DNA of 26,572 nt, taken from IMG/VR virus record IMGVR_UViG_3300042808_000046, positions 1 through 26,572 of that record. One strand, 5' to 3'. The stretch is from a virus. Lineage: Duplodnaviria; Caudoviricetes. The position numbers and the translations under genes were made by a program. This document shows, piece by piece, positions 1 through 7,144 of this stretch; within the stretch, counting starts at the first letter, position 1; each line of letters opens with the position of its first letter. The notes under the pieces were generated by a model. It had not been told where the DNA came from. It did not search any database and was given only the letters and a program-made list of their open reading frames with translations.

Positions 1-250
1 TACAAATCATTTCCTCTGTTTTATCTATATTTATTAAATTAGCAGATGCTTGAATATAATATCTTCCATTTTTTTCTACTATTTCATCTGATATAATTAA
101 TACAGTTCTATTTTTAAAACATATAGGCTTTAATGTTTCAAGTATATCTTCACAACTTCTATATTTATAATTACCAAACGTATTTTTTTGATTTTTTGGT
201 ACTTTTAATTCGTTTTGTATTAAACTTAATTTTTCATAAATATTGCTCAT
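1..250 (-). CDS. ERF-family ssDNA-annealing recombinase, 5' part only (runs off left edge)
   Basis: Manual translation from ATG at 250: MSNIYEKLSLIQNELKVPKNQKNTFGNYKYRSCEDILETLKP..., the typical ERF N-terminus. GGAGG RBS upstream. Not in the ORF track because it is truncated. Confidence 0.85.
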   Translation of the reverse strand, partial: MSNIYEKLSLIQNELKVPKNQKNTFGNYKYRSCEDILETLKPICFKNRTVLIISDEIVEKNGRYYIQASANLINIDKTEEMIC

Positions 251-251
251 T

Positions 252-470
252 TTAATAACCTCCCAAATAGCTATTTACTATTTTAAATTTTTCGTTTATT
301 TCTTTATTTTCTAAAAGTAGTTTTTCTATTTCATTATTCTTATTTATAATATCTTTTTCTAGATTAGTAATGTAATCAAGTATTGTTTTGCCTGCTTCTT
401 TAGTATCTTGTTTTATTTGTGGAATACTTTGTATTTCCTGCATCCACTTTTTTAGTTGTTCAATATCCAC
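252..470 (-). CDS. Hypothetical protein, 72 aa, coiled-coil C-terminus
   Basis: GTG start with AAAGGAGG RBS; tightly packed in the leftward operon. Confidence 0.75.
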   Translation of the reverse strand: MDIEQLKKWMQEIQSIPQIKQDTKEAGKTILDYITNLEKDIINKNNEIEKLLLENKEINEKFKIVNSYLGGY

Positions 471-658
471 GGCTTCAAATCCTCCTTTTCAAGTTCCCAA
501 TTTATACTATCTAATTTCTCTTGTAATTCTGCTAAATTATTAGCAAGTTCATCATACAACTCACTAAATGCAGGTTCTTCTCTTAATTCTAGTAGTGCTA
601 TTTTAATACTGTCTTTAGCACTTTCAAGTATCTCAACCATTTCTTCTAATTTTTCCAT
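452..658 (-). CDS. Small acidic hypothetical protein, 68 aa
   Basis: AAGGAGG RBS; ATG directly follows the upstream TAA; about 19 D/E versus 7 K/R. Confidence 0.8.
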   Translation of the reverse strand: MEKLEEMVEILESAKDSIKIALLELREEPAFSELYDELANNLAELQEKLDSINWELEKEDLKPWILNN

Positions 659-838
659 TTATTTAACCTCCTTGATTAATTCTTTTAATTTCCTATTTAA
701 GAAACCATTAAAAGTTTCTCCATTTTTTTTAATTTCTTCTTTTGCTTTTTCGTATAGTTCAATTGGTACTACCAATGAACTAGTTTTATAATGTTTCTTT
801 TTGTATTCTCTTTGATATTTTTGATAATCATATGCCAT
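659..838 (-). CDS. Probable ribbon-helix-helix DNA-binding protein, 59 aa
   Basis: Manual translation MAYDYQKYQREYKKKHYKTSSLVVPIELYEKAKEEIKKNGETFNGFLNRKLKELIKEVK fits a strand-helix-G-helix RHH pattern; AGGGGG RBS. Confidence 0.65.
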   Translation of the reverse strand: MAYDYQKYQREYKKKHYKTSSLVVPIELYEKAKEEIKKNGETFNGFLNRKLKELIKEVK

Positions 839-839
839 T

Positions 840-974
840 TTAACACCCCCTTAAAAAATAATATAATATAATATATAATATATAACTTGTAAATATAAAT
901 AGTGTTATTCCTCCAAAATATTTAAAATCTGTTTTAAAATCTTCTTTAGTATATTCTTTTAAAAATTTAATCAT
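840..974 (-). CDS. Small membrane protein, 44 aa
   Basis: MIKFLKEYTKEDFKTDFKYFGGITLFIFTSYILYIILYYFLRGC; GAGGTG RBS; one hydrophobic segment; fills the operon gap. Confidence 0.6.
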   Translation of the reverse strand: MIKFLKEYTKEDFKTDFKYFGGITLFIFTSYILYIILYYFLRGC

Positions 975-976
975 AT

Positions 977-1201
977 CTACACCTCTTTTATTTCAAATTC
1001 ATTAGAAACTATATTATAAATTTCATCTAACAAATCATTTGTTAAATCTTTATTTATATATTTTTCAACTTCTTCTTCTAAATCTAGATTTTTAATTGTA
1101 TCTAATAAAACTTCGTCATATAAGTTTAAATCAATTTCATTTGTACTTTTGTTTAAATAACTTATAATTTCATTTGATATTTTGTTTGCTAATTCTTTCA
1201 A
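977..1201 (-). CDS. Small acidic hypothetical protein, 74 aa; first gene of the leftward operon
   Basis: TTG start at 1201 after GGAGGT. The ORF-track start at 1321 is the -35 box of the promoter, not a plausible start. Confidence 0.7.
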   Translation of the reverse strand: MKELANKISNEIISYLNKSTNEIDLNLYDEVLLDTIKNLDLEEEVEKYINKDLTNDLLDEIYNIVSNEFEIKEV

Positions 1202-1292
1202 TTTTCTACCTCCAGAGGAGCAACGCTCAACTCTATTATCTAAAACAGTGTTTTTAATTTGCTTCTCTGCAATTTGTTTTGTTGATAATACT

Positions 1293-1321
1293 ATTATACA
1301 ACATATTGTACTATATGTCAA
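1293..1321 (-). promoter_or_regulatory. Leftward sigma70/sigmaA promoter
   Basis: Consensus TTGACA (1321-1316), 17-nt spacer, TATAAT (1298-1293). Inverted repeat TACAA-cata-TTGTA (1297-1310) overlaps the spacer. Confidence 0.85.
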
Positions 1322-1418
1322 CGTTTTTTATTAAATTTGTTAAACTTATTTTAATAAAACCTTGTAACCTTACTCGCTCTAGTAAATAAATTTTTATTAA
1401 AAATATTATGAATAATGC

Positions 1419-1447
1419 TTGACTTATTAATATAAATGCTATATAAT
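1419..1447 (+). promoter_or_regulatory. Rightward early promoter
   Basis: TTGACT (1419-1424), 17-nt spacer, TATAAT (1442-1447), followed by AAAGGAAG RBS and ATG 1473. Confidence 0.8.
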
Positions 1448-1472
1448 ATATATTAAGAAAGGAAGTGATTAA

Positions 1473-1640
1473 ATGTTAACAAAAAAAGAATTATCAGAAT
1501 ATTTAAAAGTTAGTACTTATACAATAGAAAGAATGCTTGATAAAGGATTACCTTATCACAAATTAGGAACTAGCACTGCTGGAATAAGATTTAAAATTGA
1601 AGAAGTAGAAGCTTGGACAAAAGAAAATGCTAATAGATAG
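1473..1640 (+). CDS. Excisionase-like / Cro-like winged HTH DNA-binding protein, 55 aa
   Basis: MLTKKELSEYLKVSTYTIERMLDKGLPYHKLGTSTAGIRFKIEEVEAW...; HTH_17/Xis-like pattern. Confidence 0.8.
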   Translation: MLTKKELSEYLKVSTYTIERMLDKGLPYHKLGTSTAGIRFKIEEVEAWTKENANR

Positions 1641-1654
1641 AAAAGAGGTTTAAA

Positions 1655-2482
1655 ATGGAAAATTCTAAAAAATTTTACTAGCTAAAACTTAAAGAAGATT
1701 TCTTTGATGAAAAATATATTAAGATATTAAGAAAATTGCCTGATGGAGATAAATTAATTATAGTATATTTAAAAATGCAATTAAAAAGTTTAAAAACTGA
1801 AGGTGTAATAAAATATGATGCATTATTACCAAGCGCAGAAGAAGAAATTGCTTTAATGCTAGATGAAGATATAAATATAGTTAAATTAGCAATAAGTTCT
1901 TTAATTAAATTAGGAGCAATTGAAAAATGGGATAATGATACATTTTATATGACAGCACTTCAAAAGATGATTGGTAGCGAAACGGCAGTTGCAGAAAGAG
2001 TTAGAAAGCATAGAGAACTTAAAAATAATACAAAAATGTTACAATGTAACAACAATGTAACAATATGTAACACAGAGAAGAGAGAAGAGAGAAGAGAAAA
2101 GAGAGAAGAAAATAATACTTATGTATCAAATGTTGCTAAGCAAGTGCTAAGCAACTGCTTAGAGAGTATAGAAGAGAATAGTATAGAAGAGAATAGTATA
2201 TATATAAAAAAACCAAAAATTAATAATAATATTATATATAAAAAAATTAATAATTTAACTTTTGAAATAATATACTTTAAAATTACAGAAGAACAATATA
2301 ATAAATTATTAGATATGTTTGATGAAAAAGATATTAAAAAATATATTGAAAGAATTGAAACTTACGAATGCAATAGAAAAACTAAATATAAAGATTATTA
2401 TAAGACTATAATAAATTGGTTAGATAAAGATGATAAAGTTAAAAGAAAATATAAAACAGAAGAAATTATTTTGGAGGGATAG
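1655..2482 (+). CDS. Phage replisome organizer (replication initiator), interrupted by an in-frame TAG at codon 9
   Basis: GAGG RBS and ATG 1655 give MENSKKFY*LKLKEDFFDEKYIKILRKLPDGDKLIIVYLKMQL, matching the Phage_rep_org_N pattern (YYWLKLKEDFF...). Contains internal repeats and a C-terminal YKDYYKTIINW segment, and lies upstream of the helicase. Confidence 0.85.
2037..2200 (+). repeat. Putative replication origin: iteron-like repeats and purine tracts inside the initiator gene
   Basis: TGTTACA-A-TGTAACA palindrome; ACAATGTAACA x2 plus a partial copy; GAGAAGA tandem copies (about 2075-2108); TGCTAAGCAA x2 (2134, 2145); AGTATAGAAGAGAAT x2 plus a partial copy (2165-2200); AT-rich tract afterwards. 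Confidence 0.7.
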
Positions 2483-2483
2483 A

Positions 2484-3686
2484 ATGGAACTTTTAGAATT
2501 AAGTTTATACCATATTTTAATATATGAATCTAATAGAAGATATTATATAGATAATATAGATATAAATATATTATATTATAAAGAGTTCTTTAAAAAAATA
2601 AAAGAACTATACACACAAGATAAACTTGAACATATAGAACTTTTAAAATTTAATAAAGAACTAATTTCGAAAATATCTGATATTCAATTTGTACCTGAAA
2701 ATATCGAATATATTATATCAGAATTAAAAGAAAATTACAATAGAAACTTATTAAAAAATAAATTAACAAAAGCAATTAATGATTTATCAAATTTTGAAAA
2801 TACTACTAATATATTATCGGATATAAATAAAGATACATCCAGTTTTTATACTAAAGAAACTTTTAAAACATCTGAAATAATAACTAGCGAAATGTATAGA
2901 TACTTAGAAGAAAAAGCCAAAAACGAAATTATAGAAACTGGTATATTAGAACTAGATAATTTATTAAATGGAATACAAAAAACAAATTTAGTTATAATAT
3001 CTGCTAGAGCTTCAGCTGGTAAAACAACATTTGCAATTCAAACAGCAATAAATTTAGCTAAGAAAAAATTTAAAGTATTCTTTATAAGTTTAGAAATGAA
3101 TGCTGAAGAACTTGCAATAAAAATATATAGTAGACTTGCTGAAGTAGATGGAAGAGATATATTAAGCAATAAACCAAATACTATATTAAAAATAGCAGAA
3201 GTAACAAATGAATTTTTAGAATATGATTTTAAAATAGATGATAAGAGTTGTTATATTGAAGATATAATATCTAATATAAAAATGTTAAGTTCTAAAAATC
3301 AAGTTGATGTTGTATTTATAGATTATATAGGATTAATAAAAAGTAAAGAAAAATCATTTAGTAGAGAAAATGAAGTTGCTAAAATAAGTAGAGATTTGAA
3401 ACTTTGTTCTAGAGATTGTAATATACCTATATTTGTTTTAGCACAATTAAATAGATTAGCAGAAAATCAAGAACCTACTTTAGCTATGTTAAGAGAAAGT
3501 GGAAGTTTAGAACAAGACGCTAATAAAGTTATATTCTTATACCAAGAGCAAGAACATCAAGATAAAGCAGTATCTGAATTGCATATAAAGGTAGCAAAAA
3601 ATAGAGAAGGATTAAAGGGTAAGGTATTAATAGGGTTTGATAAAAGAATAGGTAAAATAGCCCCTTTTGTAAAGAAGGTGAGGTGA
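2484..3686 (+). CDS. dnaB: DnaB-like replicative helicase
   Basis: Walker A ARASAGKT, FISLEM, VFIDYIGL, LAQLNR, LRESGSLEQDA and VAKNREG motifs. Likely start ATG 2484 after GGAGG. Confidence 0.93.
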   Translation: MELLELSLYHILIYESNRRYYIDNIDINILYYKEFFKKIKELYTQDKLEHIELLKFNKELISKISDIQFVPENIEYIISELKENYNRNLLKNKLTKAINDLSNFENTTNILSDINKDTSSFYTKETFKTSEIITSEMYRYLEEKAKNEIIETGILELDNLLNGIQKTNLVIISARASAGKTTFAIQTAINLAKKKFKVFFISLEMNAEELAIKIYSRLAEVDGRDILSNKPNTILKIAEVTNEFLEYDFKIDDKSCYIEDIISNIKMLSSKNQVDVVFIDYIGLIKSKEKSFSRENEVAKISRDLKLCSRDCNIPIFVLAQLNRLAENQEPTLAMLRESGSLEQDANKVIFLYQEQEHQDKAVSELHIKVAKNREGLKGKVLIGFDKRIGKIAPFVKKVR

Positions 3687-3687
3687 T

Positions 3688-3870
3688 ATGTATAAAGTAG
3701 GTGATAAAGTAATAATAACTACTGATTATACATGTTATAATGGGTATAATTTTAAAGATTTTACCGCAACTATACTTGAAATAAAAAAAAGTAATTATTA
3801 CATTAATGTAGATAAAATTTATTATGAAATCTGGGTAAAGGATTACGAGATAGAGAAAGTAGAGGTGTAG
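3688..3870 (+). CDS. Small hypothetical protein (KVGDKV, SH3/KOW-like)
   Basis: GAGGTG RBS; packed in the operon. Confidence 0.7.
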   Translation: MYKVGDKVIITTDYTCYNGYNFKDFTATILEIKKSNYYINVDKIYYEIWVKDYEIEKVEV

Positions 3871-3873
3871 TAC

Positions 3874-4113
3874 ATGTTAAGTTATATGTTTATAAAAGAG
3901 CTTATAAAAGAGATGATAATAGATGATCTATTACAATCAAATGAAACTTTTGATATAGCATTAGGAATAATAGCCTTGCCAGTTTCTATATGTCTTGCTA
4001 TATTACTATTTATGTTTAAAATAGTAATGATACCATTTTATATATTAATAGGAATAATATATTTATTAGTTAAAGTATTACAAATTATATTTAAAAATAA
4101 GGAGTTGAGTTAG
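3874..4113 (+). CDS. Small membrane protein
   Basis: GAGGTG RBS; long hydrophobic segment. Confidence 0.7.
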   Translation: MLSYMFIKELIKEMIIDDLLQSNETFDIALGIIALPVSICLAILLFMFKIVMIPFYILIGIIYLLVKVLQIIFKNKELS

Positions 4114-4332
4114 ATGATGGCAAAAGAAATGTTTGAGGAACTGGGATATTTATATAAAGAACATAAAAATAAAATAACTATAATAAGTTGCGATGAATAT
4201 GATGATTTAAAAATTATATTTGAATTTGAATTTAAAATAAAAAGAATAGGAGTTAAAAGTTATCATATTTCAGTTAAAGAACTTAAAGCAATACAGCAAC
4301 AAATAAAAGAATTGGGATGGTTAGATGAGTAG
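4114..4332 (+). CDS. Hypothetical protein, 72 aa
   Basis: AAGGAG RBS; packed in the operon. Confidence 0.75.
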   Translation: MMAKEMFEELGYLYKEHKNKITIISCDEYDDLKIIFEFEFKIKRIGVKSYHISVKELKAIQQQIKELGWLDE

Positions 4333-4528
4333 TATAATACAAGGCTTAATACAAGAGTTAGAATTTCGAGGAAACAGAAAAGAGAATATAGAACGTGCTG
4401 AAGCATTAAAAAGATTGTTAAAAGAAAATGAAAAACTACAACAAGAAAATATTGTTTTAAATAATACAAGAGATATGTGTCCAATAACAAGAACTTCAGG
4501 AATCAGATGTGGATTAAAGGAGCAATAA
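4325..4528 (+). CDS. Hypothetical coiled-coil protein, 67 aa
   Basis: Start overlaps the end of the upstream gene. Confidence 0.65.
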   Translation: MSSIIQGLIQELEFRGNRKENIERAEALKRLLKENEKLQQENIVLNNTRDMCPITRTSGIRCGLKEQ

Positions 4529-4529
4529 T

Positions 4530-4670
4530 ATGCAAAAGAGTTTTTATAAATTAATGAATATATATTATGAAGATTATAAAACTGGAAGTACAGGTTCACA
4601 AAGAACACGAAATAAAAGATATTACAAGAAAAAGTTAAGAAGAAAATTAAAAGAAATTTGGGAGGAATAA
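4530..4670 (+). CDS. Small basic hypothetical protein, 46 aa
   Basis: AAGGAG RBS; MQKSFYKLMNIYYEDYKTGSTGSQRTRNKRYYKKKLRRKLKEIWEE; fills the operon gap. Confidence 0.6.
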   Translation: MQKSFYKLMNIYYEDYKTGSTGSQRTRNKRYYKKKLRRKLKEIWEE

Positions 4671-4672
4671 AT

Positions 4673-4849
4673 ATGTTTAAAATAGTAGTAACAATACTTT
4701 TGTTTTTAATAGCAATAGATATAGCTAGAATTTCATTTAACTTACAAAAACTAGTTAAAGAAAACAACAATGTATTATTAATTGAATCACTTTTGGGTAA
4801 AGATATAAAAGAAATAATAAATGATATAAAATTTGGGAAATTTAAGTAA
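4673..4849 (+). CDS. Small protein with an N-terminal membrane anchor
   Basis: GGAGG RBS before ATG 4673; MFKIVVTILLFLIAIDIAR... Confidence 0.65.
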   Translation: MFKIVVTILLFLIAIDIARISFNLQKLVKENNNVLLIESLLGKDIKEIINDIKFGKFK

Positions 4850-4854
4850 AAGTG

Positions 4855-4882
4855 TTGACACTTGACTTAGATATGTTATAAT
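4855..4882 (+). promoter_or_regulatory. Strong sigmaA promoter, candidate late-region promoter
   Basis: TTGACA (4855-4860), 16-nt spacer, extended -10 TGtTATAAT (4874-4882). Confidence 0.8.
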
Positions 4883-4949
4883 AAGTATAAGTGATAATTA
4901 GCTTTGGGAAATTAACTAACATTTGAGGCTAATTATCTAGAATAGGTCT

Positions 4950-4982
4950 AAAGAGCATATAATAAAAATATGTTCTTTTTTT
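4950..4982 (+). terminator. Rho-independent terminator or attenuator about 60-95 nt after the likely transcription start
   Basis: AAAGAGCATAT (4950-4960) pairs with ATATGTTCTTT (4968-4978), followed by a T run. Confidence 0.7.
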
Positions 4983-4988
4983 ATGTGT

Positions 4989-5340
4989 TGGTGCTTTATA
5001 CCGATAAAGTTAAATGAGTTTTATGGTGATAATAAACCATATAGGGGGACAAACAGCCAAAAAGATATTACTATGCATTGATATCTGAAAGGTCAACTAC
5101 GGGACTTGCGAACGAGTGCAATTTATTGCATAAGTTTATTTGGTTGCAAATTTAAAAAGTGCCATAGGTATGCAGTGATTGGTCTGTATACTTATATATG
5201 TAAGTAATGATAAAGTATGGCAATTACTTGTTGGTTTGAATCCAACGACTTACAATAACGATTATTTCTTAGTGTTAGATAATTGAAACATAGTTTTCTT
5301 TGGGAAGAAGCAGGTAGTATACGGAAATATGCTACCAACA
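4989..5340 (+). ncRNA. Candidate structured non-coding RNA region, family unassigned
   Basis: No credible ORF; many nested and serial helices with G-U pairs on the + strand (see findings). Confidence 0.45.
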
Positions 5341-5343
5341 TAC

Positions 5344-5419
5344 CGCAGATTAGAGAAACGGAAATCTCGTTGGGCTCATAACCCGAAAATAGTCAGTTCG
5401 ACTCTGACATCTGCTACCA
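5344..5419 (+). tRNA. tRNA-fMet (initiator), anticodon CAT
   Basis: Full cloverleaf: acceptor CGCAGAT/ATCTGCT with C1-U72 mismatch; D-stem GAGA/TCTC with A11-U24; anticodon arm TTGGG-CTCATAA-CCCGA with three G-C pairs; T-arm GTCAG-TTCGACT-CTGAC; encoded ACCA end. Confidence 0.95.
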
Positions 5420-5469
5420 AAAGATATAATAAAATATATCCTATAAAATAATTTTTAAGGAGAACAAAG

Positions 5470-5649
5470 ATGAAATGTAATTTATGCGAACAGCACGAAC
5501 AAAAACACGAATATATTTTGTGTGATGGAAGTAAAATCTTCATTTGTGAAGAATGCGGTAAGAAGTTGTATGGTAAATTATTCATTCCAGTAATCGACAG
5601 TAGACTGTTTCATATAATTATGTTATTAGAGTATGTTGAGAAGAATTAA
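5470..5649 (+). CDS. Small zinc-finger-like protein, 59 aa
   Basis: AAGGAG RBS; MKCNLC...ICEECGKK (two CxxC). Confidence 0.7.
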   Translation: MKCNLCEQHEQKHEYILCDGSKIFICEECGKKLYGKLFIPVIDSRLFHIIMLLEYVEKN

Positions 5650-5793
5650 AGGGCTATATGCCCTATTGTGAGCTAATAGAGTAATCTATTTTATATATAA
5701 AGGAAGTGTTGATATGAAATTTAAAAGTTTAAAAGAAGCATGTGAATATTATAAGAAATATATATTGAATAAATAAACGAAAGAAGAATTAAT

Positions 5794-5952
5794 ATGAAAA
5801 ATTGTGAGCATTGCATATACTATGATTTTAAAGATAGAGAATGTACATTATCAATTGAAACTAAAAAATGTGAAAGATATATTAGTATATTTGACTGTTG
5901 CACTCAAAATTGCTCTAGTTGTACAAGAAAGTGTGATAAGAATGAAAAATAA
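5794..5952 (+). CDS. Small Cys-rich protein, 52 aa
   Basis: MKNCEHCIYY...CTL...C...DCCTQNCSSCTRKC, 9 Cys. More plausible than the 5' half of ORF-track 5804..6121. Confidence 0.55.
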   Translation: MKNCEHCIYYDFKDRECTLSIETKKCERYISIFDCCTQNCSSCTRKCDKNEK

Positions 5953-6121
5953 TATACATAGTACTATAAATGAAATTGAAACATTATTAAATAAATGTGA
6001 ATCTTATAAAATAGAAATATATAACAAAAATAAAACTTATATTATAGAAAAAGAAATAACAGAACAAAACGAGTCTTATGAAATAGGTTTTAAGAAAAAG
6101 AGTGATAAGTATGATAGATAG
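5942..6121 (+). CDS. Hypothetical protein, 59 aa
   Basis: ATG 5942 overlaps the end of the upstream gene; MKNNIHSTINEIETLLNKCESYKIEIYNK... Confidence 0.6.
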   Translation: MKNNIHSTINEIETLLNKCESYKIEIYNKNKTYIIEKEITEQNESYEIGFKKKSDKYDR

Positions 6122-6209
6122 AATAATAGAATATATAAAGGACAAACTTGTTATAATGCAAGGTAAAAGATACTGTAAGAAGTATCACGGTAGAGATTTG
6201 AGGTTTTAG
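6111..6209 (+). CDS. Tiny hypothetical protein, 32 aa
   Basis: MIDRIIEYIKDKLVIMQGKRYCKKYHGRDLRF; fills the gap and ends 1 nt before the next ATG. Confidence 0.45.
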   Translation: MIDRIIEYIKDKLVIMQGKRYCKKYHGRDLRF

Positions 6210-6210
6210 A

Positions 6211-7133
6211 ATGGAAGATAAAACAGTTTTAATATTTGGAGGTAGTGGGACGTTTCGGAACTGCTATGACTAAAAATATAATAAATGATGTTAAACAAAT
6301 AATACATTTTGATAGAGATGAGAAAAATCAACATTTATCTAAACAAAATATAAATAATGAAAAAATAGTAAGAATAGTTGGAGATATAAGAGATAAAGAA
6401 ACAGTTGACAATGTGATTAGACTATATAAACCGGACATTATAATGTTAGCAAGCGCAATGAAGCATATAGATAAAGCAGAAGCTTATCCTGATGAATGTA
6501 GAAAAACAAATATCGATGGTTGCATAAATGTAATAAATAGTGCAATACAAAACAATATTGATAAACTTATATTTTTAAGTACAGATAAAGCAACAAATCC
6601 AACTACAATTTATGGTTGTAGTAAGTTATTTGTTGAAATGTATATAAAATCTGTTGAAAGTTTTAATACTACACTTTTAACGACTAGATATCGGAAATGT
6701 TTTAGGTTCAAATGGATCAGTTTTAGATATTTGGAGAAGACAAAAAGAAAATAACGAACCTTTAACAGTAACTAATCCAGATATGACTAGATTTTTCATG
6801 AGTATAGAACAAGCAGTTGATTTGGTACTATATGCACTTGAAAATGGTTCAAATAAAGATTTATGGGTATATAATAACAAATCATGTACTATAAAAGATT
6901 TAGCAGATTGTATAAGTGGAAATCAAATTGAAGTAGGATTAAGATGCGTTGAAAAAAATGATGAAGCACTTTTAACTTTAGCAGAATTAAATCACAGTGA
7001 ACTATATAATAATAAATATTTTAGAATTGGTAAAAAAACAATTAATGATTATAATTATGATAAACCATTTACAAGTGATAATGCTGAAAGGTTTACAAAA
7101 GAAGAGTTAAAAGAATTAATATTTAATCTATAA
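6211..7133 (+). CDS. NDP-sugar 4,6-dehydratase (PseB/CapD, Polysacc_synt_2 family); 306 aa when two +1 shifts at CGG (6256, 6692) are applied
   Basis: Motifs spread over three frames: VLIFGGSGTF|GT, GDIRD, ASAMKH, TNIDG, LSTDKA, YGCSK, TRY|GNVLGSNGSV, VTNPDMTRFFM. Confidence 0.9.
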
Positions 7134-7144
7134 GGAGAAATTTT

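Noticed and set aside
2075-2200. CRISPR array or DGR-type repeats
   Set aside because: The repeats are short, tandem, spacer-less and inside a coding region. No cas or reverse transcriptase gene, and no long TR/VR pair, was seen.
5323-5338. Hairpin with loop CGGAAA as the decoder for the CGG shifts
   Set aside because: The loop has the same sense as the codon rather than its complement and is not in a tRNA fold; probably coincidental.
5376-5585. 69-aa minus-strand ORF
   Set aside because: Overlaps the tRNA-fMet and the + strand zinc-finger ORF.
5714-5776. 20-codon ORF MKFKSLKEACEYYKKYILNK with an AAGGAAG RBS
   Set aside because: May be real but is too short to support from sequence alone.
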